Virus record (IMG/VR): IMGVR_UViG_3300037247_000655
Span: 1-64,000 of that record
Source: a virus
Strand: one strand, 5' to 3'
DNA: 64,000 nucleotides
Positions 38,275 to 47,423 of the stretch are shown in pieces. Position 1 is the first letter of the stretch, and each line of letters starts with the position of its first letter. Made by a program: the position numbers and the translations under genes. The notes beneath the pieces were generated by a model that was not told the DNA's origin, searched no databases, and worked only from the letters and a program-made list of their open reading frames with translations.

Positions 38275-40023
38275 ATGGCAACCGATATTATATTTGGTGA
38301 ACAAGCTACGTTTCGGGGGAGTGATTCCCGTTACGGTAAAGTTGTTGCTCTGAATGATGAAACGGTTGTCGTGGCGTATAATGATGTAGCTGATTCCAAT
38401 CACGGAACAGCTAAGGTGGGGTCAGTCTCTGGTAGCGATGTAGTATTTGGTGCGGAAACTGAATTCATGTCTAGTGGTACTGGTGGTGTCACAACACTCG
38501 ATATAAAGAAGATTGATGATGATAGATTTCTTTTAGCATATAGAGACGGTCCAAGTGATAACAATGGAGTGGCTGTAGTAGGGACAGTCAGTGGTACTAC
38601 AATAACTTTTGGTGATGCGTCTGGATTTATGACTACATTAGGTGGTTCGGTAATAGATATAACTTTGTCTATGTTCTCTGAGACAAAATTTGTAGTCGGA
38701 TATGCTGATTCCGGTCAGGGTACACAGGGGTTTGCAAGGATAGGTACTATAAGTGGTACTACGGTTACGTTTGGTGATGAAACGAGGTTCTTACTGGGTC
38801 ATGCAGATTGGATTGATGTAGCAACTATAAATGAATCTGGATTTGTGGTTTCGTATCAAGATGGAAGAACTAATCCAAAAACAGCTCAGTCAAAAATCGG
38901 AACAGTTGATGGAACAGCCATAACTTTCGGTGCCGAATCAGAATTCGACAATGATGGTGATTTTGCTTATATTTCTATAGCTAAGCTTGACCCAGATAGG
39001 GTCGTGATTACGTACAGAGGCAAGAGTGCAACCTATCTAGGAAGAGCTATAGTTGGTACCATTTCGGGCACAACTATTACGTACGGAGATCAGTTCACAT
39101 ACAACAATGGTGCCTCTTTTTACACCTCTGTCACGACGGTGTCTGCTACTAGATTTATTGTTGGTTGCTGGGACAACAGCGATGGTGCTCATGGGACTGT
39201 TACAGTTGGGACAGTGACAGGAACAGATATAGAATTTGGTACCGAAAATACGTTTGTAATTGGCGCAGCTAGTTACGTCTCGGTTGATCTCATAAATCAA
39301 AATAAATTTATTGTTGGATATAGAGATGACAGTGATTCAAACAGAGGAAAAGCCAATATAGGATTATTATACGCACAAACTATCGATGAGTTTGATCTAT
39401 TCATAGAGGGACTAGGGGGTATATTAAAAACTGGCGAGCTAGATCTGTTCACAAAAGGATGTGCATCAATAACTGGTGAGATAGATCTATTTGTAGGAGG
39501 GTACGAGTTAACCACTGGCGAGATAGGGCTATTCATACCGGCACCGCCACCTGATCTTTACGCAAGTAAATATATGTTTGTCGGTGGTTATCAAAATATC
39601 TGGGCATCCGGAGCACTATTTATAGAAGGGTTCGGTTTAACAACTGGAGAGATGGATCTATTCATAGCAGTGGGTGCCACACAGGCGGCCGGGATACCCT
39701 TAAGAATTGTTCACCGTTTGGTAAAAACTGGAGATTATGATCCGCAGTTAATTGGTATATTCGACGACATACCAGTTAATGTAACAATAGAGGTGTGGGA
39801 CATCGTAGGTGGAAGTAACACATCGATGATCCTTACTGACAACAATTGTTACGCAATAGGAAATACTGATAAATGGGGATGGTCTACAGCTCACTTGCGT
39901 CATACTGGACAAAAAAAGAAATACCAATACTATTTTAGGATGACTTCGAATGAATTGGAAGAGGTGTATGGTGAATTTTTTATAACCGTACCAGAACGCG
40001 GACGTTTTTCGTACCCAGATTAG
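38275..40023 (+). CDS. Virion appendage: beta-propeller-like repeats, short 14-aa-repeat stalk, domain A
   Basis: About 7 repeats of the type GTISGTTITFG.E; LDLFxxG repeats; C-terminal IGNTDKWGWST. Confidence 0.7.
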   Translation: MATDIIFGEQATFRGSDSRYGKVVALNDETVVVAYNDVADSNHGTAKVGSVSGSDVVFGAETEFMSSGTGGVTTLDIKKIDDDRFLLAYRDGPSDNNGVAVVGTVSGTTITFGDASGFMTTLGGSVIDITLSMFSETKFVVGYADSGQGTQGFARIGTISGTTVTFGDETRFLLGHADWIDVATINESGFVVSYQDGRTNPKTAQSKIGTVDGTAITFGAESEFDNDGDFAYISIAKLDPDRVVITYRGKSATYLGRAIVGTISGTTITYGDQFTYNNGASFYTSVTTVSATRFIVGCWDNSDGAHGTVTVGTVTGTDIEFGTENTFVIGAASYVSVDLINQNKFIVGYRDDSDSNRGKANIGLLYAQTIDEFDLFIEGLGGILKTGELDLFTKGCASITGEIDLFVGGYELTTGEIGLFIPAPPPDLYASKYMFVGGYQNIWASGALFIEGFGLTTGEMDLFIAVGATQAAGIPLRIVHRLVKTGDYDPQLIGIFDDIPVNVTIEVWDIVGGSNTSMILTDNNCYAIGNTDKWGWSTAHLRHTGQKKKYQYYFRMTSNELEEVYGEFFITVPERGRFSYPD

Positions 40024-40032
40024 GAGGACAAC

Positions 40033-40578
40033 ATGACTTGGGATACTGACCTAGTTTTGATGACGAGAGTCCTGATAAGCGACATCAATACTCCACAGAC
40101 ATACACGGATACATATTTGGAGCGAGTTCTCGTCACAGCAGGCATACTTGTTGATGCAGAAATGGTGTTCGTATATACTTATGTGTATGATATCAACGCA
40201 ATTACCATAGTACCAGATCCAGTCGTTAGCGAAGATTCGGATTTTATGGCCCTGGTGCCATTAAAAGCAGCGTGTATTCTTACACAAGCAGAATTCAATA
40301 AGGCTCTGGGCCAAGGTATAAAGGTGCGAGACGGAGACAGTGCTATAGATACAAGTGTGAGTTTTAGAGGGTACCGGGATATTCTGGAATTAGGTCCTTG
40401 CGCGGCATATGAGAAGCTTAAATGGACTATGTTGGCGTCTGGAAGTAATAGTGGAGGCGGTGTTGGCAAGGCAGTTCTTGGACCACATAGTAAGCCGGGG
40501 AGCATCGCTCTTAGTACCATCTCGTGGTATTACGATCAGTACGCAACGAATGCAACAGGTAGAAGAGATCGTTCTTAG
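40033..40578 (+). CDS. Head-tail connector/adaptor protein
   Basis: RVLISD...YTDTYLE N-terminus typical of adaptors; position. Confidence 0.6.
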   Translation: MTWDTDLVLMTRVLISDINTPQTYTDTYLERVLVTAGILVDAEMVFVYTYVYDINAITIVPDPVVSEDSDFMALVPLKAACILTQAEFNKALGQGIKVRDGDSAIDTSVSFRGYRDILELGPCAAYEKLKWTMLASGSNSGGGVGKAVLGPHSKPGSIALSTISWYYDQYATNATGRRDRS

Positions 40579-40644
40579 TATTATATCAATAAACTACATA
40601 CAGTTGTGTTGAGATTGTGTCAGTTACATGGAATGGAAGAATGA

Positions 40645-41835
40645 ATGTCCATATTAAGATCTGATAATGTAATCTATTATCATCCATGCGATTCTGTTGT
40701 TGATTACAACAGTGTGGCATGGACTAATCCAAACTTGTGGGTTCCTACTGGTACATTTACAAGTGGGCTCATAGATAATTCTTATCACAATGGAGACATG
40801 GGGGTTGGCGGTGTTTACACCAACAGTAATGGAGCTAGTAGGATAACCGTTTGTTTTTGGACCTATGATCAACTTTCGCCAGCCAGGATAAATGTTGGTT
40901 TTGTTAATCATGCACCAGAGCAATATCAAATCATACAACTAGATGCTGTCACAGACAGGGTGGTACTGTTCGCCGGAGGTAATACTGCAGATGTGGTCTG
41001 GAGTGGTGTCGTCACGCAGGGTTCAGGTTGGCATTTTCATGTTCTCGACATGGAGCGTGCTTGTGGTTCTTGGATCCTGAGGCATTCAAGGGATGGTTCC
41101 GACTGGACATCAGAACCAGCTGAGGTAGGTCCTGATCTTCATGGTATTCATAGTGATTCTCACATAGCTGGTGGGGACGTAACTACTACCAATGCTGTTG
41201 ACGAAGTTGTTTTGTGGAGGAACGCAAGGCTGTTTACTTCAGGAGAGTTATCAAATTTATATGAGCTATTCAATACACATGGAACCACTATGGACCAATA
41301 CACTAATGTTTTCGGTATAACAGGTTTTACTGAACCACTACCAGACACATATTCTGCCGTGTCATTATATATTACTGGTCCTTCAGGGGTTAACTGTGGA
41401 ATCCCACTTTATATGCGATGCCCCGAAGCAGCCAGTGGTTCTTTTGATATTTCTATAAGAGGTATAATTCCTGCTACTCCATCGTCCGATCAGACAGGTA
41501 AACCGTTCGACTGGCTTATAAGAACATCAGATTACTATCCACAGATAGTCGGTACCCTACTTGCTTCGTCTGGCGTCAACATACAAGTATGGGATACTAC
41601 TGATGGCAACAATGTGTTGGTGGACGTAAGCAGTAGCGGTTGCTATGACATAGGGAATACTGGACGCTGGGGATGGTCTACCTCTGGTTTGCCACTGGCG
41701 CAGGGGCATGCCAGGCAATACTTCTATATGATGACGTCTGACGCGGGTGAGAAGTTCGATGGACAGTTTGTTATGGATATTCCAGAAAGAGCGAAGTGGA
41801 TACATCCAGACAATCAAAATGATTACATATTATAG
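40645..41835 (+). CDS. Virion appendage: LamG/ConA-like domain, short stalk, domain A
   Basis: ITVCFW, WHFHV, VDEVVLW...ELSNLY; C-terminal IGNTGRWGWST. Confidence 0.7.
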   Translation: MSILRSDNVIYYHPCDSVVDYNSVAWTNPNLWVPTGTFTSGLIDNSYHNGDMGVGGVYTNSNGASRITVCFWTYDQLSPARINVGFVNHAPEQYQIIQLDAVTDRVVLFAGGNTADVVWSGVVTQGSGWHFHVLDMERACGSWILRHSRDGSDWTSEPAEVGPDLHGIHSDSHIAGGDVTTTNAVDEVVLWRNARLFTSGELSNLYELFNTHGTTMDQYTNVFGITGFTEPLPDTYSAVSLYITGPSGVNCGIPLYMRCPEAASGSFDISIRGIIPATPSSDQTGKPFDWLIRTSDYYPQIVGTLLASSGVNIQVWDTTDGNNVLVDVSSSGCYDIGNTGRWGWSTSGLPLAQGHARQYFYMMTSDAGEKFDGQFVMDIPERAKWIHPDNQNDYIL

Positions 41836-42398
41836 TTGTTAATGTATTTTTGTTCGACAGAAGGAGTTAATTTTATGCCTTTGACACATGGAAAAATTTT
41901 CGCTATAAACCAATTCGTGGATGGGTACGCTGATGAAGTGGATCCTCACATACACCACAAAGGACTTAATGATTACATTAATACTCTGGTGGATGCCAGA
42001 GAGGATGTGCTAGCCTTAATTCGTATCAACGAAGATATAGCTGATGGGAATGTTGATATGATACTAGTAAAGGCCAAGCTAAGAATTAGGAATGCAGTCA
42101 CACAATTGTTGGAGTTGATACCAGAATGAAGATAACTATAGAACCAGAACAAGGTGACACGAACGATGTGGTTGTGTTAAAAGGTGTATATCAATTTTCT
42201 TTGTACGGATGCCTAAAGAGCGAGTGTATACTGAAAGATATTTTTAGGATGAGTGTCGTTGACGATCCAAACGAATTATTGGGGCTGTTACGGATGACGG
42301 AGTTAGACATAACAGACTTTAAGATAAATAAGAATAATTCACAGGATAAAGGTTGCAATAAAGCGAACGATCCAGCACACCTTAAAAATACTTCTTAG
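41836..42398 (+). CDS. Two hypothetical proteins (ending 42129, and 42126..42398)
   Basis: Coupled ORFs. Confidence 0.5.
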
Positions 42399-42424
42399 TG
42401 GTAAAGTAATAAAAGAGGTGTGTC

Positions 42425-45400
42425 ATGTCCTTAATACCAAATGATGGTAGATTACTGTGGGCAGGCACAGACGCAACCATTCCTTCTGGTTGGTTGCGAG
42501 ATACATCTTTTGACGGCAAACAACTTCAAGGAGGCGGTTCTGGCTTTACCAGTCCAGGTAATGGGGGAGGTGCGTCTCATGATCATGTTATGCCAGCGCA
42601 TACTCATGGTGGAAGTTCCCATAGTCATTCAGTTACTAGTAGCACCTATACACAAGTAGGATTTGCAACGGTTAATGGTTCGGTTCTTCCAACTATATGG
42701 AGTCCAGCTGCAAAGCAGGCTCATTTTCACAGCAGACAATCGTCCGTTACTGCTACACTCGCTTATCTAGATAGTGCTGCCATAACATTGTCAACCGAGA
42801 GTCACGGCGCTCCTTCTGTTCAACCAGTTTTAATTAAGCCTACTGGAGCGACGAGTCCACAATACATCCCCAGTGGAACAAATCTATTTACAGACGAACC
42901 CACCCCTCAAGTTGGATTTGCGGTTGATATCGCATTCAGTGGCTATTTCGTTTCTATAATGACTGGGGGGAATGACGCATCTACAACTGGTATTTATAGC
43001 GATACTCATCAACACACGACAAGTGGTCACAGTCATGCATTCCCCACACACACACACGGTTCCATAACGGGTACTGCTGCAAACCCTAGGCAAGAAATTA
43101 CTGCAAGTTCACCCTCACCTCCAAAATCATATATAACCCGTAGTCATCATAGGTGGCTTCTGAACAGTGCTAATGCCGGTATAGCATCCATTGAATCTCC
43201 TGGTTCAGATGCAGTTGCAAATGATCCTTTGTATACTAGATTATTGGCAATACGAAATACAGATGGCGACATAGAGCCGCCCAGTGGCGTTGTGATTATG
43301 TTTGTTGGGGATGTTGGTGACATTCCTGATGGCTGGACATTAATGGATGGTACTCTCGGTAGTTTGGTTAGTTGTATAGACAGACAAGTAAAATGTACTA
43401 GCGATTCCAGTGAGATAGGTGACACGGGGGGATCTAACGAGCATACACACGTCATGGCACACGTGCACAGTATGGTTACTAGTCATAATCACGCGATAGC
43501 CGTATCTTATATAGGCACAACTTTGTATGCAGATGCTGGTTTTACTCCCATATTGAATAATGCTATACATGCACACTCCTGGACTGTGACCAGTACTACT
43601 CCTCCGGATTCCGACAATAATAATGCCGTGACCGACGCTAGTGATATAAGGGTAGACTACAGAACTATATTATACATCAAGAAAGTACCCCTATCCACAG
43701 AAGCTGTAGAGTACTTTGACGATACGCTATTGTACATAAAAGGCCATATGCCCTATTCTGGAGATGTGTCGCTATTCGTAGGAGGAGATACCACTAGTTC
43801 TGGTAATGTTGAGTTATACATAGGAGGTCGCAAGACACAAGAAGCATCTGGTAGTTTGTTCATATCTTCTTTTGATGAGACAACGGGAAACACACCCCTA
43901 TTTGCAACTGGATACGCAGAGTCGTCAAGTAATGTTGATCTATTTGTCCATGGATTATCTGATGCATCAGGACAAATATCCCTGTATATTTCAGGGCCAG
44001 AAACGGTATCTGGAAATGTTAACTTATACACAGAGTCATTTGATACCACGGTTGATAATTGTAGTTTATTCATGTATGGAGGACACGATCTCTGGTTGTT
44101 CACGCTTGGTGGGACATGGGCAGACTCTGGTGTGCACTTATACTTATCTGGCAGTGGTGCTGTTGGTTCTATAAACCATACTGTTGATACATATCTACAA
44201 GGTAAAGATGGCACTAATTCATCAATAGGTTTATATTTGTCTGGAAAAGATGAAATTAACTTATCTGTAAATTTGTATGAGTATGGATTTGCTAATGAAT
44301 CAAACAATTGCAGCTTATTTATATATGGAGGATATGATCTCTGGCTATTCATAGAAGGGATATCTAGTGTCGCAAATTCCCTAAATGACACAATCGATTT
44401 GTATATCTCAGGTAGAGATGAAACTAATGCATCGGTAGATTTGTATGTATCAGGTCGTGATGCAACGAATTCATCTGTAGACTTATATCTGTATGGTAAA
44501 GATACAGATGATTCATCTATAGATTTATACATCTCTGGTAGAAATGAAACTAATGCCTCAACAGATTTGTACATATTAGGTAATGATGCAACCAGTTTAT
44601 CCATAGACTTATATTTATTGGGACACAATGATGTCAATTCATCAGAAGATTTTTATCTTTCAGGCCAAGACAGCGTTAATACATCTGTGGATTTATTCGT
44701 CAGCGGATCTATCACTGGTTCGTCATGGACCCAGTATTCAGGTAGTACGGCACTGTATCTAGGCGGGCATGGCTCTATATCTGGTGAACGCTCTCTATTC
44801 GTAGATGGGTACGTTGCTTTCTATAATGATATTTCATTGTCTATCAATGGTTATCTCGACGCCAGTGGTAACATAGATTTATTCATCTTGAGTCACGAAG
44901 ATAGTACCTATGAAACTGATTTATACGTACGCGGCAACAACAATAGCAGTGGTTCTGTAGATTTATTCACCAATGGGTCAGTTGCTGAGTCAGGACAAGT
45001 ATCGTTATTCATAAACGGATCCGCAAACATTACCAGTTCTGTCGACGTTTATCTGCAGGGATATGCGTTGTTTTCTGGTGACGTACCACTTTATATAAAC
45101 GGACACATCAACGCAAGCAGTGATGTTGACTTATTCATACCTAGTATAGATACAGTAGTCGGAAATATAGCTTTATTTATAGGTGGATATGGAACCAATC
45201 TTAGCAATATATCACTATATATAATTGGACATATGTTTTCGTCTGGCAACACTCCATGCGTCATAGGAGGACTAGACTCATCTTCTTACGATCAGACATT
45301 GTTCATAGAAGGATCCCTTGCGGTATCTGGTGGTATTAGCCTATACATTGGTGGCAGTGTATCAACCGATAGAAGCGTATCGCTATACGTAGCGGGATCT

Positions 45401-45994
45401 GGGATCTCTTTCGAAACAAATACCATGTCTCTCTTAATAAATGGATTAATATCTAGAGAGTCGGTTACGTGTCCAACCTTAGACCCAACGGCATCAGTTC
45501 AAATATCAGACAGAATAATTAATATTTACAAAAACAGCATAGATGCCCTAATAAACCAGTTAGGGAAAAATACGACATTAATTTTCCAGCCACAGATTGT
45601 GTCGTGTCCTAATTGCTCATACGATGCTCAAGGGAAGATATCTACTGGGGTGTATAATATAGGTGGACCGAGACCTTTTGCGAGGGGGAGACAATGTCCG
45701 TATTGTAAAGGGGCCGGAACATTAAAGACAGAATCTGAACAATGTATAAAGTGTCTTGTTAAATGGAGTCCCAGGGACCTTGAAAATTATGGAATTTCGA
45801 TAGAAAATACGGATAATGTAGTTAGGCTTAAAACATACATAACCCATATGGATGACCTTATGAGGGCTGACAACGCTATTGTATTGCGGGATTCTATCGG
45901 GATTGCCAAACTTAAGACACGTAGAATTATACCACCAGTCCCTGTTGGATTACGTTATGATAGATATTGTATTAGTTTTTGGGAATTAATTTAG
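42425..45994 (+). CDS. Long fiber protein: His-rich collar-like head, 14-aa-repeat stalk, C-terminal neck-protein-like domain B
   Basis: HxH motifs and PSGVVIMFVG..IPDGW; DLYxSG repeats; C-terminus paralogous to the extein of 47423..49108. Confidence 0.8.
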   Translation: MSLIPNDGRLLWAGTDATIPSGWLRDTSFDGKQLQGGGSGFTSPGNGGGASHDHVMPAHTHGGSSHSHSVTSSTYTQVGFATVNGSVLPTIWSPAAKQAHFHSRQSSVTATLAYLDSAAITLSTESHGAPSVQPVLIKPTGATSPQYIPSGTNLFTDEPTPQVGFAVDIAFSGYFVSIMTGGNDASTTGIYSDTHQHTTSGHSHAFPTHTHGSITGTAANPRQEITASSPSPPKSYITRSHHRWLLNSANAGIASIESPGSDAVANDPLYTRLLAIRNTDGDIEPPSGVVIMFVGDVGDIPDGWTLMDGTLGSLVSCIDRQVKCTSDSSEIGDTGGSNEHTHVMAHVHSMVTSHNHAIAVSYIGTTLYADAGFTPILNNAIHAHSWTVTSTTPPDSDNNNAVTDASDIRVDYRTILYIKKVPLSTEAVEYFDDTLLYIKGHMPYSGDVSLFVGGDTTSSGNVELYIGGRKTQEASGSLFISSFDETTGNTPLFATGYAESSSNVDLFVHGLSDASGQISLYISGPETVSGNVNLYTESFDTTVDNCSLFMYGGHDLWLFTLGGTWADSGVHLYLSGSGAVGSINHTVDTYLQGKDGTNSSIGLYLSGKDEINLSVNLYEYGFANESNNCSLFIYGGYDLWLFIEGISSVANSLNDTIDLYISGRDETNASVDLYVSGRDATNSSVDLYLYGKDTDDSSIDLYISGRNETNASTDLYILGNDATSLSIDLYLLGHNDVNSSEDFYLSGQDSVNTSVDLFVSGSITGSSWTQYSGSTALYLGGHGSISGERSLFVDGYVAFYNDISLSINGYLDASGNIDLFILSHEDSTYETDLYVRGNNNSSGSVDLFTNGSVAESGQVSLFINGSANITSSVDVYLQGYALFSGDVPLYINGHINASSDVDLFIPSIDTVVGNIALFIGGYGTNLSNISLYIIGHMFSSGNTPCVIGGLDSSSYDQTLFIEGSLAVSGGISLYIGGSVSTDRSVSLYVAGSGISFETNTMSLLINGLISRESVTCPTLDPTASVQISDRIINIYKNSIDALINQLGKNTTLIFQPQIVSCPNCSYDAQGKISTGVYNIGGPRPFARGRQCPYCKGAGTLKTESEQCIKCLVKWSPRDLENYGISIENTDNVVRLKTYITHMDDLMRADNAIVLRDSIGIAKLKTRRIIPPVPVGLRYDRYCISFWELI
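43718..45445 (+). repeat. Degenerate 42-nt (14-aa) coding tandem repeat, roughly 35-40 units
   Basis: For example DLYISGRDETNASV-DLYVSGRDATNSSV-DLYLYGKDTDDSSI. Confidence 0.85.
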
Positions 45995-46011
45995 TTTTGA
46001 CGAGGTGAACG

Positions 46012-46500
46012 ATGGCGTCTAAAGTTTACGTAGCACGTGAGGTTACAATAGTGTGGACCGACACTACCGGGGATTTGGGTTTAACTCTAAATAATCTTGC
46101 TGCAGGGGTTGCCAGAATAGGGGCTCAAAAGGACTGGGGAGCAGGTTCAACTGCAGAATGGTATGAGTGGAGACTTACTATTCAATTTGCCACAGCTCCA
46201 GTAATAGGTGAAACCGTTGACGTCTACTTGTCGACATCTGATGGAACAGAAGAGGATGGACAAGAAGGTATAATAGATGCTGTCCTTGGTGGAACTGATT
46301 CGTTAAAAAATATGCATTTTATTGGTAGTTTGGTAGTAACAAGTACTGATGCGGATCATAGTATGACAGTAAGCGGTATGTGTCGCATAAATACCAGATA
46401 TGTTTCAGTAGTAATACATAATAATACCGCAGACAACCTGAAAGCCTCCAATAATATAAGTAAATTAACCCTCACACCATCGCCTCCAGAGGTACAGTAA
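46012..46500 (+). CDS. Hypothetical virion protein
   Basis: RBS GAGGTG, beta-rich. Confidence 0.6.
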   Translation: MASKVYVAREVTIVWTDTTGDLGLTLNNLAAGVARIGAQKDWGAGSTAEWYEWRLTIQFATAPVIGETVDVYLSTSDGTEEDGQEGIIDAVLGGTDSLKNMHFIGSLVVTSTDADHSMTVSGMCRINTRYVSVVIHNNTADNLKASNNISKLTLTPSPPEVQ

Positions 46501-47423
46501 TGAATAGAATCGTCCCAGGATATTCGCAGGGCTTTGCCAGATCGTCAAGTGAATCTCAATCACCAGAATTATGGGATGGTTTGGTTGGAGCATGGGTTCC
46601 TGGCTTAGGAGTAACCGGAGATACACTGTTCGACTGGAGCGGTAAGCGACGTCACGGGATTTTTGGCGGAACTAAGGGCGGTGAGTATTTTACCTGGGGA
46701 ATGAATCAAGGGGGTTATTCGCTACTTGGACCTGCACCTGTAGGGAATGGGGCTCTTGCTAACATCGCAATTGGTGATTGGGTTATCCCAACTGGACGCA
46801 TATCAATAGTGGCTCGTGTGTCTAAGATCACAGGTGCGAGCCCCACTGATAGACGAATTATTTCTCGTGCAAGTAGCACTACCAGTGATGATCATGACTG
46901 GATGATTGGCAGTGTCGGATCCCAAGCAACTCAGTTCCGATCTCGTTTTTTTATAGATGGGACAACGCACACAGATATATCAGATGGTATCGTATTCGAT
47001 AATGATCATAATCGATTTTTAGCAGCGACATATGATGGGGCCAATGTACACCACTATCACTACAGGCAAGGTGCGTCCTCCGATTCCACTCCTGTCGTTC
47101 ACAAACAATGGGCAACAACAGGGGATTTGATTGACACAGACAGAGGGCCTCAAACTGTAGAGATAGGCAGAAACCCCGGAGGCACGCCCTATGGTAACTG
47201 GGAAGGTTTAATTTACTTTGTTTATGTTTACGATCGTGCCTTATCTCCAGGTGAAATAGACTCGCTATTCAGTGATAATTATGCACCTTTCAGAATGCGT
47301 AGACAACTTGTCGCTCGTGGCATAGGAAGTACAGGTATAAATGCAGCTATGGATACAGTTGTGGTGGGACATAAACTCTTTGCTACTAGTTGGCACCCCA
47401 ACACATGGAAAGGGAGACCATAA
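46500..47423 (+). CDS. LamG/ConA-like domain protein
   Basis: GLVGAW...DWSG, AATYDG, VYDRALSPGEI. Confidence 0.75.
   Translation: MNRIVPGYSQGFARSSSESQSPELWDGLVGAWVPGLGVTGDTLFDWSGKRRHGIFGGTKGGEYFTWGMNQGGYSLLGPAPVGNGALANIAIGDWVIPTGRISIVARVSKITGASPTDRRIISRASSTTSDDHDWMIGSVGSQATQFRSRFFIDGTTHTDISDGIVFDNDHNRFLAATYDGANVHHYHYRQGASSDSTPVVHKQWATTGDLIDTDRGPQTVEIGRNPGGTPYGNWEGLIYFVYVYDRALSPGEIDSLFSDNYAPFRMRRQLVARGIGSTGINAAMDTVVVGHKLFATSWHPNTWKGRP

Noticed and set aside
43753-44637. 294-aa minus-strand ORF with repeats
   Set aside because: Antisense shadow of the 42-nt repeat stalk in 42425..45994.
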